A DNA stretch of 64,000 bases from Candidatus Thorarchaeota archaeon (GTDB lineage: Archaea; Asgardarchaeota; Thorarchaeia; Thorarchaeales; Thorarchaeaceae): contig JBHLRS010000010.1 of assembly GCA_048882325.1 (NCBI GenBank), positions 1 to 64,000 of the forward strand. The letters run 5' to 3'. The translations under genes and the position numbers were made by a program. Shown here piece after piece: positions 39,801-48,925 of this stretch. A model generated the notes under the pieces. The model ran no database searches. It saw nothing but the letters and a program-made list of their open reading frames with translations, and was not told the origin of the DNA. The first letter of the stretch is position 1. The number at the start of each line of letters is the position of its first letter.

Positions 39801-41113
39801 AGGATCCCTTCCGTCAGGGATACTATTCTTTTGATTTACTATTCAGCAACTCAAGTGAGGTTTGGTTGGGTACATGGGGTGGAGGAATGTTCAAGTCTTA
39901 TGATGCAATGGATCATAATGTCCATGCTGATGGAATTGGAAATACAATGCTGGGTAAACATGTCTACCAGATTAAAGTAAATCCGAGTCCACCTTTCACG
40001 GTCTATGCAGCCACGGAAGAGGGGGTTTTTCTGACAGAGGATTCTGGAGCAACATGGATTAACTTCAGCATGGGTCTTGACTCATTGCAGGTTCGCTCCT
40101 TTGAAATCACGTCGAGTGGAAAATTGTTATGTGGAACTCTAGGTTATGGCATTTATGAATATAATAGCACACTGAATCAATGGGTTCAGCAACCACCATT
40201 TTCTAATCTTGGGAATGTTTGGCCCATCTGGAGTGATCGACCATCATATCAATACTCAACCCTATTGTTCCATCCCGTGAACCCTGATATCATATACATA
40301 GGGGTATTTCCAGCTGGTATATTCATGAGCACCGATGGTGGGAACAGCTGGGTTGAAAGTAACACAGGTTGGACAAATGATGGAGTGTTTGCTTTGGAAA
40401 CTCATCCACAAGACCCTGATATAATCTACGCGGGGACATACAATGGAATCTCTCGCTCTTTGGATGGTGGTCACACATGGGAGATGTGGGATGATGGCTT
40501 TCCTGCTGAGCAATGGACTTTCTCAATTGCATTCGACAATAGAGACCCAAGTGTAATGTATGCATGCTCGAAAAACGGTGAGAATGAAGGGAACGGCAGA
40601 AAAGACTTTGGTGGCACCGTAATGAAGAGCATCAATGGTGGAGAACATTGGTATGAAATCACAGATGGTTTGAACATCACCCAAGAGTTCTACAAGATTA
40701 TTGTAGACAAATTCAATCCTGATGTTCTCTATCTCGCCACTGAATTCGAAGGTGTATTCATTTCATACAATGGCGGCGATCTCTGGGAGCCTTGGACTGA
40801 TGGACTCACAAATCTGCGTGCTGGCTCGAGCGGGAACAATATCGCCAATCCACTGGCACTGTCCGCAGATGGACGCTACCTATACTTTGGTACTTTCGGG
40901 ACTGGAGTATTTAGGCGGGCCACACTCGGTCCTCCTGTCACAACAACAACTTTACCAACTGGTACACAGCCTACTTCAACGATTTCGTCAACAACGCCAA
41001 CAACAGGTCCTGGAATTCCCTTGCCAATTGAGATTCTGGCTATTACTGCTGGAGCAGCTTTGGTAGCCATCATTGCAATCTTGGTAATAATACGAAAGAA
41101 GGGTAAATCATGA
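36845..41113 (+). CDS. Large exported Asp-box/BNR beta-propeller protein (Vps10/GH74-like repeats), C-terminal membrane anchor
   Basis: Many S/T-x-D/N-G/A-G-x-T/S/N-W boxes and DP.NP..LY blades; signal peptide; Thr linker, TM helix, RKKGKS tail. Confidence 0.88.
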   Translation: MKRRSVLSISVIVLFLFLPFISTSLTLPLTTAQGEELPPWEHTNGPYGGLINSIEMDPTNPNVLYAAGAGDSIFKSVNGGDTWNAVGYLPKSIPKVVDLIISPTNPQILYTLTAGSRDWGTVGEVYISTNGGENWTLTTQDMSVFHIALHPTNPMVLLAVAWGNFVYLTTNGGVSWTNVTGNLPFGSKIGVAISGDNDYWVGVDGADNGSLYHTTDGGGTWNFQNLNQPAETFINNIMVHPSNSSIVFVSVTTAPDAPVDPDTDYIFRTGNGGASWQSINTLGTMRILAVEPSTGGDTIYGSLTGIYIFRTHNLGQTWINMTPPPSTSDINDIAIDYTDNNTIYIPKRTYGIYKSVDGGTSWTTLTNGIYNTNACLVVASPVEASETVYVAAVEGTGTFRTDDAGNSWSWLDGGGITHPFADELRFNPHNPDTIWQIADIGQIFISYDRGATWIKKYHPQHGYGFRYSSVQTIKAAPSDPDILYAVKSGWGPFRSGDGGRTWDFLAESEVDYSYTLAVHPTDPSTVYSGYNPKPFQDWAMVRKSTDGGLTWQTVLNVTASDGITSIAIDPADPNIVYAGSISETGGEIYKTFDAGLNWEKLNDNFTMSTVMAQPQLVVDPTNPGVAYIGTWLGGTWRTNDAGMTWTLLETAPDSATAIKIDPQNNNVLYLADRSSPTLWKSLDAGETWFDIADFTSEGAFLVNNVYADGDVLYCTTFGPPPTSGKLFKSIDAGANWTDITGILPRSVLDIDVDPISPEIVYVTTHVKGAYKSINGGTTWSELVNFPDIGGFDIEVDPADSNILYVAALGNTSIPSWVDPRNFTFADSSGVYKSFDAGLTWSSVLNTTNKCRAIRMHPGNSSILFAAVHDDGVFVSQDAGTNWVNYNTGLDTTGLTSLDVQGDTIYVGTQGYGVYSGNINPSDYSITWQSSRSNRPVPQVYSMQIIIDPHNSNRIYVGAYPGGLYRSDDGGATFYDKNFQTPSIIAEDPFRQGYYSFDLLFSNSSEVWLGTWGGGMFKSYDAMDHNVHADGIGNTMLGKHVYQIKVNPSPPFTVYAATEEGVFLTEDSGATWINFSMGLDSLQVRSFEITSSGKLLCGTLGYGIYEYNSTLNQWVQQPPFSNLGNVWPIWSDRPSYQYSTLLFHPVNPDIIYIGVFPAGIFMSTDGGNSWVESNTGWTNDGVFALETHPQDPDIIYAGTYNGISRSLDGGHTWEMWDDGFPAEQWTFSIAFDNRDPSVMYACSKNGENEGNGRKDFGGTVMKSINGGEHWYEITDGLNITQEFYKIIVDKFNPDVLYLATEFEGVFISYNGGDLWEPWTDGLTNLRAGSSGNNIANPLALSADGRYLYFGTFGTGVFRRATLGPPVTTTTLPTGTQPTSTISSTTPTTGPGIPLPIEILAITAGAALVAIIAILVIIRKKGKS

Positions 41114-41368
41114 TGTGACATTGTCCTTCTCAATCTCAAAGAGAACACGAATGTTTCCTACTAGATCTGGAGGCATAGAGTCGAGGTTCAGGTCTAACCA
41201 TCTGTGTAGGTCTCTCCTAATAGCCTCCTTCTGCTCTAGTTCAGCAGGAAGTTCTGACCTGTCTTCAGAAACCAGATGGAAATGAGAACATCCACAACTA
41301 CAAGCTCCTTCGAGGACCATATCAATGTCAACAGAAGTCTTTCCGCATGATCTACAAACGAACATCAT
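41108..41368 (-). CDS. Small Zn-ribbon protein (OapC/DUF2072-like N-terminus)
   Basis: CRSCG...LEGACSCGCSHF. Confidence 0.65.
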   Translation of the reverse strand: MMFVCRSCGKTSVDIDMVLEGACSCGCSHFHLVSEDRSELPAELEQKEAIRRDLHRWLDLNLDSMPPDLVGNIRVLFEIEKDNVTS

Positions 41369-41494
41369 CTTGACCTAGCTCCAAACAAATGCATCAACAA
41401 GTATCTATGAGGATTGGTATGGCTTAGGTAATACAGCCCATTTCAGGACTAGACTTATTTGGTGCGTGTTAACGCATGTTTTGGGGCGATGCAG

Positions 41495-41752
41495 ATGGCG
41501 CGAACTTGTACACTTTGTCATGAAAAGTCTAAGATTCGCTGTGACCGTTGTCGCAATGAGTTCTGTCAGGATCATGCAATTAAATGTCCTTCCTGTGGCA
41601 CGATAACATGCATCCGTGACTTGAATCGAAAGGATGTCTGTATAGCATGCAATAAGCATCTGGAAATCTGTCCTGAGTGCCTCCTGAATGGCAGAATAGT
41701 TCGAACGATTTCTGGCTTCAAGCAATGTCCAGAATGTGGATGGAGTGGTTAA
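41495..41752 (+). CDS. Small multi-zinc-finger protein (14 Cys, B-box/AN1-like start)
   Basis: MARTCTLC-x7-CDRC-x4-CQDH followed by further CxxC pairs; start ATG 41495. Confidence 0.72.
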   Translation: MARTCTLCHEKSKIRCDRCRNEFCQDHAIKCPSCGTITCIRDLNRKDVCIACNKHLEICPECLLNGRIVRTISGFKQCPECGWSG

Positions 41753-41997
41753 AACCAAAACAGAGCTAATAGAAATAGGCTGACTGCAACAATAGCTGCT
41801 ATCACCCATGTTCTTCTTCCATAGCCCCAGACGATTGGGATTGGACCAAGTAGTATAATTCCCCTGCTTTCTCCTTGTTGTTCTCCTGATGCAAAATCCG
41901 AGCGCATCAAAACCGATGCTATCCCTGAAATGATGATGAACACACCAGTGATGATCAAAGCACAGGCTATCAGGTCAATGAAATCTCCAGCTTGCAA
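41749..41997 (-). CDS. DUF131/TIGR00304-family small membrane protein
   Basis: Signature GIILLGPIPIVWG between two TM helices. Confidence 0.8.
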   Translation of the reverse strand: MQAGDFIDLIACALIITGVFIIISGIASVLMRSDFASGEQQGESRGIILLGPIPIVWGYGRRTWVIAAIVAVSLFLLALFWF

Positions 41998-42002
41998 TCA
42001 AT

Positions 42003-42566
42003 TCACCTCGCATCGAATACAGTGCTTGTCAAATCGAACTCCATCCTCTCGTATCCACCAACCTCATCACCCTCTTGGGCCCAGAGAGTAACAAGGTCGT
42101 TATAGATTTCAAAGTCTAAGGTTGTTTCAATCTGTCTAATCTGAGTGCCTACGGGAAATCTCCAAATAATCTCAAAGTCATATGGAGCTTCCTCCTCCTC
42201 CAACCAAGTTTCAATCTTGTTCGAACCATTTTGAAACCTTCCAGCGAAGTCAATCAGATATATCACAGACACCACTTCTGTGGCTCCTTTTAGAAAAATA
42301 TCGCAATAATCTACTCGGGATCGAACACGCTCACTATTGATTTCCACCCTCTCTTTATCAAGAAAGTATTGCATGTTATCCACTAGTTTTTCAACCTCTT
42401 TTCTCAATAGATGCTCATCACGGATTACTCTGCGATAGTATCTTTCAGGATCTAGATACTCATAGCTCAGACGTTCATGTATCTCGCCAGTTCTCGAAAC
42501 AGAGAAGAACGAATCAGCATGCACTGGTTCAACCAGCTCTGATAGAGCTCTTTCCAAAATCATCAC
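42003..42566 (-). CDS. Hypothetical acidic protein
   Basis: Tightly packed in an operon with the MBL gene. Confidence 0.75.
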   Translation of the reverse strand: MMILERALSELVEPVHADSFFSVSRTGEIHERLSYEYLDPERYYRRVIRDEHLLRKEVEKLVDNMQYFLDKERVEINSERVRSRVDYCDIFLKGATEVVSVIYLIDFAGRFQNGSNKIETWLEEEEAPYDFEIIWRFPVGTQIRQIETTLDFEIYNDLVTLWAQEGDEVGGYERMEFDLTSTVFDAR

Positions 42567-43568
42567 CTACTCGAGTGGTACGGCATTGATGCCGCTCTCT
42601 GAAAGATGTTTTGAAAGGATTCTCCCATTTTCAGTGAAGCAATAGGCTACTCTAGGATTCACCTCAGTGGCAAAGTCAATCAGACCATTGTAATCGGAGT
42701 GCGCACTCAATGGAAAGCCTCTTTCTCTGAATTTACCTACAGTCCATCCAGAGAGATTGAAGTATTCAAGTTTCGACTCATACTTTGTAAACTTGCTACC
42801 TATATTCCGTTTCATATTGTCGACTGTGTGACGAAATGATGAAGTGACAATGACTGCACCTTCCTCAAGCACTTCAGTCAGATTGTGACTGTACACAGCA
42901 TGATGTTTCAAGTCGACTCCATGTCTCTTATAGACACTGCAAATCTTGTCAATGCTTTTATTGCCAGATACAACCCTGAATCCTCCACTCTGCAGAAGAG
43001 CGATTGCTTCTTGGGATTTTCCTAAGGAATATGCATGGAAAAGAGGGATTTTTCCTTCATCCACCAGTTTTGCTGCTGCATCTAATATACTCTCATAGAT
43101 TTTTTTCCGTTTTGGAAAGATCCATTGCGGTGCCCCGTATGTAGCCTCAGTTATCAATACATCCGCTTGAACTGGTTCAGCTGCTTTGTGAACCAGACTG
43201 TCGACATTGTTGAAATCCCCAGTATACAGAACAGTGAGATCATCATTAAACTCCAGTAAAAACATCGTAGACCCAAGCACATGTCCTGCATCCAAGGCAG
43301 TTATGTTGACTCCTATCTGCCCAAACATATCTCCATATTTGATGATGGTCTTATTCTCGAACTGGATTGACCTTCTTGCTTGCCATGTTTCTATGGTTCC
43401 CTTTGTGGCTATGATGTGCTCTGCCTTCATAAGTCCCCCAATGTGGTCCGAATGAGAGTGCGTTAGAAGTGTAGTTTCACCTTTAACCCCAGTATCCAAA
43501 GCTAGTTTCACGTCACCATACTCCAGCAGAAAACCAGTACCACTTTTTTTCAGGCTGATAGTAGACAT
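42567..43568 (-). CDS. MBL-fold beta-CASP nuclease
   Basis: THSHSDH, AGHVLGS, YTGD, EATYG, YSLGKSQE, SAHSD. Likely start is ATG 43568. Confidence 0.88.
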   Translation of the reverse strand: MSTISLKKSGTGFLLEYGDVKLALDTGVKGETTLLTHSHSDHIGGLMKAEHIIATKGTIETWQARRSIQFENKTIIKYGDMFGQIGVNITALDAGHVLGSTMFLLEFNDDLTVLYTGDFNNVDSLVHKAAEPVQADVLITEATYGAPQWIFPKRKKIYESILDAAAKLVDEGKIPLFHAYSLGKSQEAIALLQSGGFRVVSGNKSIDKICSVYKRHGVDLKHHAVYSHNLTEVLEEGAVIVTSSFRHTVDNMKRNIGSKFTKYESKLEYFNLSGWTVGKFRERGFPLSAHSDYNGLIDFATEVNPRVAYCFTENGRILSKHLSESGINAVPLE

Positions 43569-43627
43569 ATGATGACCTTCCTGAGAGAGACTTGTGTCGA
43601 ACAAAAGGGTTTCCAAGCACCTACACC

Positions 43628-44515
43628 TTAGAGTGGTTTCCTTAACAGTGATAACTTCCTACATGAGGATTGGTTGCTTTTGTTCTCAAGGGCCTGAGCG
43701 AGGTTTCCCTGTCCCTCACCGACCAATGGTAACTCTATTTTTGTCATACCACTTTCCAAAGCCATTGCTATTAGAGCATCAGCGAGTCTTTCCCAACTTA
43801 GTCTTTCAGGGTCTGAAACCACCGGATAAATACAGAACCTGTCCGATAGTTTCCAGAATCCAACAACAGCCTCTGTTTTTCCGTTTCTTTCTATCGTAAC
43901 TAGACAATTCATTTCCACAGAAAAATCTCGCGCCAACCATACAAGCGAGTTAGTGAGTCCCATAGGTTTACTCTGGTCCCATATTAGCTCCCTCACTTCA
44001 TCAGAATTGACCTCCTCTGTCCAAGCGAGAGGGGTCTTGTCGATACTTTTATCCAATGTGAACGACCAGTGTTCAAGATTCGCTATTTTTAAGAAACCAA
44101 TCCGCTTAAGAATCTCAGTTGCCCAAGGGTCTAATTCCAGACTTAGTGGAAAGCTCAGAGGATTTGTACTTCCATCCCGTGATACTAGTGCATCGACATC
44201 TCGGATTGCTACAGTCTTGAAGAAGGGTAAGGATGATTTGATAATCTGGAACGCAGCTGAGTCTCTGAACTCCTTTTCAACTGCGACAGATGCAAGCACC
44301 ATAGCAAGTCTTGTCTTGTCTCTGTAGATTGAAGTTCCGCCAATGATCTTGTTCTCCAATGATGAAACGAATGTGATACTCTCTGGCAGGAGTAAGAACG
44401 ATTTAGCAAGATTATGGTTCTTGTAGCTGGTTTCACTTGTTTCTCTCAGGATTTTCAACCATACCTCGACCTGATCTTTGCTCAATCTGCCATTGAACAT
44501 GACTGGTTTATCCAT
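43628..44515 (-). CDS. Hypothetical protein, possible degenerate tandem GNAT fold
   Basis: LASVAVEKEFR and LKRIGF resemble GNAT motifs A and B. Confidence 0.55.
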   Translation of the reverse strand: MDKPVMFNGRLSKDQVEVWLKILRETSETSYKNHNLAKSFLLLPESITFVSSLENKIIGGTSIYRDKTRLAMVLASVAVEKEFRDSAAFQIIKSSLPFFKTVAIRDVDALVSRDGSTNPLSFPLSLELDPWATEILKRIGFLKIANLEHWSFTLDKSIDKTPLAWTEEVNSDEVRELIWDQSKPMGLTNSLVWLARDFSVEMNCLVTIERNGKTEAVVGFWKLSDRFCIYPVVSDPERLSWERLADALIAMALESGMTKIELPLVGEGQGNLAQALENKSNQSSCRKLSLLRKPL

Positions 44516-44632
44516 CAGGTTCCCTCGAATATTCCTGTACTTCCTATTCTAATGGTTGGTTGATGTGCGACTCATAAGTCATATGCAGCTCTCATCGAAG
44601 GGTTTATTCACTGTCAGGGAACATCTTGGAAG

Positions 44633-45628
44633 TTGAAAATGCAGTCGCTTGTATTAACTGCAGATGGTCTTCAACTTGCAGACACGCCAATACCGCCCCT
44701 CATGCCTGGCGATGTAAGAATTGAGATTCGTTCTGTAGGTATCTGTGGAACTGATTTAGCAATATGGAAAGGTGATTATGAAGCACCTCTTCCAATCGTA
44801 TTGGGCCATGAAATTGCAGGGGCAGTACACGAAAGCTCAGTTCCTGATATAGTACCCGGAACCATTGTTACAACAGAATTGGATATAGCATGCGGACGTT
44901 GTTGGTATTGCAGAACAGGGAATCGTCATCATTGTGCAGATAAAGAGGTTCTAGGTATAACCCGAGATGGAGGTCTATCGGAGTATATCAGTGTTCCAGC
45001 TGAGTTGATCCACCCGTTGCCAGCTGGCGTCGATGTTGTGTCTGGCACATTTGTTGAGCCACTTGCTTCTGCCATAAAAACTGCGTTAGTGAGCCCTGCT
45101 GAAGAAGGCGAAGCAGTACTCATCATTGGTAGCGGGAAGATTGCTTTGCTGCAGGCTCAAGTCTATGATGCGAGTGGTGCGGATGTCTATATCGTTGGAA
45201 GAAATAGATGGCAATTGGGTCTCGCTCGACAACTAGGACTAATGAGTACATTGGACGTAAGTAACGAGAACTGGAAGAATAAGATTCTTGAAGTCACGCA
45301 TGGAGTCGGACCTCGAATTGTAGTTGAGGCCACTGGTAATACTGATGGGATTGGTATGGCATTTGACATTGTTAGGAATGGAGGAACCATCAATCTCAAG
45401 AGTATGCATGGTTGTGATTTCCAAATAGATCCTTCAAGTATTGTGTCAAAAGAATTGACAATCAACGGAGCCAGTAGTGGACCATATGACAAGGCCATAG
45501 AGATGCTTCAATTGGGGAGAATTGAGGTGAAGCGTCTAGTATCTAAGTCATTCAGTCTAGAAGAAGGACCAAAGGCCTTCGAGCATGCAGCTCAACCGTC
45601 TGTGACAAAAGTAGTAATCAACATCTGA
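44633..45628 (+). CDS. Zn-dependent medium-chain alcohol dehydrogenase
   Basis: GICGTD, LGHE, CGRCWYC...HC, VEPLA, IIGSGKI. Confidence 0.93.
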   Translation: MKMQSLVLTADGLQLADTPIPPLMPGDVRIEIRSVGICGTDLAIWKGDYEAPLPIVLGHEIAGAVHESSVPDIVPGTIVTTELDIACGRCWYCRTGNRHHCADKEVLGITRDGGLSEYISVPAELIHPLPAGVDVVSGTFVEPLASAIKTALVSPAEEGEAVLIIGSGKIALLQAQVYDASGADVYIVGRNRWQLGLARQLGLMSTLDVSNENWKNKILEVTHGVGPRIVVEATGNTDGIGMAFDIVRNGGTINLKSMHGCDFQIDPSSIVSKELTINGASSGPYDKAIEMLQLGRIEVKRLVSKSFSLEEGPKAFEHAAQPSVTKVVINI

Positions 45629-45639
45629 GGGATTTATGA

Positions 45640-46914
45640 ATGCCTCAGTTCGATACTGACCTTCATATACACTCCTCTCATTCGATTGGTGTCAGTAAGG
45701 TCATGACTATTCCGATGCTTGCACAAGGTGCTAAGGAAAAGGGACTACAAATCATAGGGTCGGGTGACGCAACTCAACCTGATTGGCTTCAACATCTGGA
45801 AAAGCACCTCTCACTCAAGGATGGTATTCTGAAACATAATTCAATTGCATTCATTCCGACTGTAGAGATTGAAGACATCGAATCTATTCATCATATCGCT
45901 ATACTCCCAGATTTTGAGTCCGTCGATAAATTGCGAACCTCACTCAAACCTCATTCTCCTAACATTGATGATGAATGGGGCGGACGACCTCGAGCTCGAA
46001 TAGATGGAGAAACACTCGCAGGATTCGTTCGGGAAGCAGGTGGCATGTTAGGACCTGCGCATGCTTTCACACCATTCAGGTCAATCTTTCGAGAGAACAA
46101 ACATTCGAGTCTTGAATCATGCTATGGTCATGAAACACCTCACATTCATTTTCTAGAGTTAGGTCTCTCCGCAGATTCTACTACAGCGGATTTTATTCCC
46201 GATCTTAGGCGACTGACATACATAACATCAAGTGATGCACACTCTCCATCACCTAACAAACTTGGACGTGAGTTTGTTCGATTTGAAATGAAAGAACCAA
46301 CTTATGACGAGTTGAAGCTCGCGATCATGAGGAAAAGTGGACGAAAACCCCTGTTGAATGTTGGACTCGATCCAAGACTTGGAAAATACTTTCTCTCATT
46401 CTGTTCCAGTTGCAGACGGACGTTGATTGTCCAGGATGGAAACGCCTCACCGAGCTTTGATAACCTGAATATCTACATTAGCTGCGAAAATAAAACAGAA
46501 CGGAAACGTCTGTTAGACGACATTCACGGACGAAAGGTGATATGCCCAGCAGATGGCAAGAAGCTGAGACTCGGTGTCAATGACCGCGCTGCTGCAATTG
46601 GGGATGGGGAGGTGAAAACGCCATCTCATCGTCCGCCTTATATGCGCATTGCACCACTCCTCGATATTATTGCTCTGTCTCTTGATGTGAAATCCGCCTC
46701 CTCAAAACGTGCGAGGTCTTTATACGACCAGATGCGTGAAAGATTCGGTCCCGAAACACTCATCGTTACAGAAGCTCCCATAGAGGAAATACAGGAACTC
46801 AATAAACGAGTTGCCCAGTTGATCGAAGCATACCGGAACAAGTCGATTGGATACATAGTGGGTGGTGGAGGTCGATATGGAACACTCATACCCCCGTGGG
46901 AGAGTAATCGGTGA
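45640..46914 (+). CDS. endoQ: Endonuclease Q (PHP domain with Zn finger)
   Basis: DLHIHS.HS, GPAHAFTP, ELGLSAD, SDAHS, LGRE, DPRLGKY..C..C, LGV.DR, HRPPY, GGGGRYG. Confidence 0.88.
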   Translation: MPQFDTDLHIHSSHSIGVSKVMTIPMLAQGAKEKGLQIIGSGDATQPDWLQHLEKHLSLKDGILKHNSIAFIPTVEIEDIESIHHIAILPDFESVDKLRTSLKPHSPNIDDEWGGRPRARIDGETLAGFVREAGGMLGPAHAFTPFRSIFRENKHSSLESCYGHETPHIHFLELGLSADSTTADFIPDLRRLTYITSSDAHSPSPNKLGREFVRFEMKEPTYDELKLAIMRKSGRKPLLNVGLDPRLGKYFLSFCSSCRRTLIVQDGNASPSFDNLNIYISCENKTERKRLLDDIHGRKVICPADGKKLRLGVNDRAAAIGDGEVKTPSHRPPYMRIAPLLDIIALSLDVKSASSKRARSLYDQMRERFGPETLIVTEAPIEEIQELNKRVAQLIEAYRNKSIGYIVGGGGRYGTLIPPWESNR

Positions 46915-47219
46915 TGACTGTAGTACGTGGCATAATTCGAGAGATTGGTAAAAGCAGGACAACTCGGGTTGCTGCCCGTCGTTGGTATGGAACTACTGAT
47001 TTAGTGATTCAGCATGAAGAAACTGGTCAGACCTACAGTGTACGCTTATCTGCAAATGTCATGGATCGATGCAGGTTTCTACCACGTGTTGGCATGAAAG
47101 TCATTCTTCATGGGTATGTTGAGGAAGCTGAGTATGGACTCTCCGACTTTGTGGTTTCCAGGGTGACTGACATCAAACGAGAAGGAGCAGGCGTAAAAAA
47201 AGTTCACAAACTGGACTGA
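46911..47219 (+). CDS. Small putative OB-fold protein
   Basis: VRGIIREI...LVI...ETG...VRL...VGMKVILHGYV pattern; overlaps the endoQ stop (GTGA). Confidence 0.6.
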   Translation: MMTVVRGIIREIGKSRTTRVAARRWYGTTDLVIQHEETGQTYSVRLSANVMDRCRFLPRVGMKVILHGYVEEAEYGLSDFVVSRVTDIKREGAGVKKVHKLD

Positions 47220-47222
47220 ATC

Positions 47223-47522
47223 CTACCTCTTTTGTCGAATTATAAAAGCTGGTGCTAGAATCCATTGAGATTTACATTTGGGGCACTTTCCTGGTGCTCT
47301 TGCTGACTTTCCTACTTTAAATGTAAATTGACATTTGCCACAGACTGCGGGACGGATAAGGAGTTCTTTGTTCTCTCTCTTCACTGATTTTGAGATATGG
47401 TCTATGTCCTCATATACAATGGACCGTTTCTTAATGTCCAACCTTTCGCAGATTTCCTCCGCTGTCATTGGATGTTCAATCGTTTCCAAGAGAGCCGCGA
47501 TTGTTTCCCTTCTTGTTGGCAT
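47223..47522 (-). CDS. Archaeal HTH plus Zn-ribbon transcriptional regulator (COG3357-like)
   Basis: TRRETI..LL, VYEDIDHISKS, PAVCGKCQF.F...PGKCPKCKSQWI. Confidence 0.85.
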   Translation of the reverse strand: MPTRRETIAALLETIEHPMTAEEICERLDIKKRSIVYEDIDHISKSVKRENKELLIRPAVCGKCQFTFKVGKSARAPGKCPKCKSQWILAPAFIIRQKR

Positions 47523-47640
47523 TACAATCAGACTATGAAGGTCTGAAGAAATATACTTTGGGCTGTACAGTGTTTTGAACAGTCTGTACAAAACGTAGAG
47601 TCATATTCTTTCTAATCGAGGTATTTTATGTGATGTAAAA

Positions 47641-48339
47641 ATGAAAGATTACAACACTGGTGTATCAAGTAAGGTAATGGCCTCAGTCTTAGCCGCCGTG
47701 GTTTTGACAGCCGGTGTAGTTGCCGTCGCCATTTATTTCCCTAGTATTAATGAACCAGAACCTCCGGTTCCTACAAGCCTTGGAGCCAGGACTGCAGACT
47801 TCCTTAACTCGATGCGAAACAATGTACAGCATTATTTCATTGCTAACTGTAGCTTGGTGAATGAAGATCTCACCAGTTTCTATGCTCAATCAGAACCTAC
47901 TGCGTTTGTAGATGGTGTCATGATGAACCGAACAGAAACTGGCGGGACTATCGATGTACTCTTCTCACCATGGAGTGCGGGAGTAATCGGTAGCGGTGCA
48001 TTATCCACTTCACAATGGGACAGTTTGAGTGGTCTCATAGTGGATGATGGAATTGGACAGATGAATGAATCCGAAACACCCGGTGGAGAATCTATGTATC
48101 CACTGGATCTTTACTTTGCAATGTTCTTTGATGACTTGACTTGCTTCTTTTTGCAATACTCAAGTATTGAAGGCCTTGTCATAATTCAGAACGGAACCTG
48201 GACAGGTGAGTACTGGGATGGGAATCCAATTGTGGCTTCATTTGGCGAAATCTACTGGCTTGTTGAGGATGGACATCTCGCTACTGCGATTGACGCACTC
48301 TATACTACAATAACTTCAACTGTAAGCTACCCAGAGTGA
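47641..48339 (+). CDS. Hypothetical N-terminally anchored acidic protein
   Basis: N-terminal TM helix, Pro linker, acidic extracellular-type domain. Confidence 0.72.
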   Translation: MKDYNTGVSSKVMASVLAAVVLTAGVVAVAIYFPSINEPEPPVPTSLGARTADFLNSMRNNVQHYFIANCSLVNEDLTSFYAQSEPTAFVDGVMMNRTETGGTIDVLFSPWSAGVIGSGALSTSQWDSLSGLIVDDGIGQMNESETPGGESMYPLDLYFAMFFDDLTCFFLQYSSIEGLVIIQNGTWTGEYWDGNPIVASFGEIYWLVEDGHLATAIDALYTTITSTVSYPE

Positions 48340-48372
48340 TGGGCTTTGCGCCCATCCTCTCAATTTTATTTG
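48338..48372 (+). terminator. Hairpin plus T-rich tract
   Basis: gatgggc-tttgc-gcccatc followed by ctctcaattttattt. Confidence 0.5.
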
Positions 48373-48399
48373 ATGAATGCAATAATCCTCTGTGGTTAA

Positions 48400-48846
48400 A
48401 TGAATAGAGAAGATGACAAGGATTTAGTCGACAAGCTCCTCAAGGGCCGGACAATGAGTGTTTACGCTTTGCTACTCGCCAATGGTGAAATGGGTGTGAG
48501 AGATGTCCAGAGAGCCTTGAGCTTCTCTAGTCCAAGCCTTGCCCTTCATCACCTGACAAAACTATCAGAGCTTAATCTAGTCACTAAGGATGTTGATGGA
48601 GTCTACAGTGTTACACGAACTGTCAGAGTTGGATCACTATCCTTATTCATCAAGTTTGGCACACGACTTCTTCCGAGATTTCTTTTCCTTGGAACACTGT
48701 TCAGTGCAATGTTGGTGATATACCTCATTATCTTCTCATCATGGCCCTTGACTGGAGGAGATATAATGTTCATTGCCATGAGTTTGATTGCCATTCTGCT
48801 CTCCTTTTATGAAACACGCAGAATTTGGCTTTTAAAGCCATTTTGA
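48400..48846 (+). CDS. Winged-HTH transcription factor with two C-terminal TM helices
   Basis: GVRDVQRALSFSSPSLALHHLTKL...LV.KD..G.Y followed by two hydrophobic helices. Confidence 0.82.
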   Translation: MNREDDKDLVDKLLKGRTMSVYALLLANGEMGVRDVQRALSFSSPSLALHHLTKLSELNLVTKDVDGVYSVTRTVRVGSLSLFIKFGTRLLPRFLFLGTLFSAMLVIYLIIFSSWPLTGGDIMFIAMSLIAILLSFYETRRIWLLKPF

Positions 48847-48925
48847 TATCTCGGTAACTTTGAGAGGAAGATATAGGTCTAAATGTGTTGAAACACTACT
48901 TACTTGTGTTGAGTAGAAACTAGGG

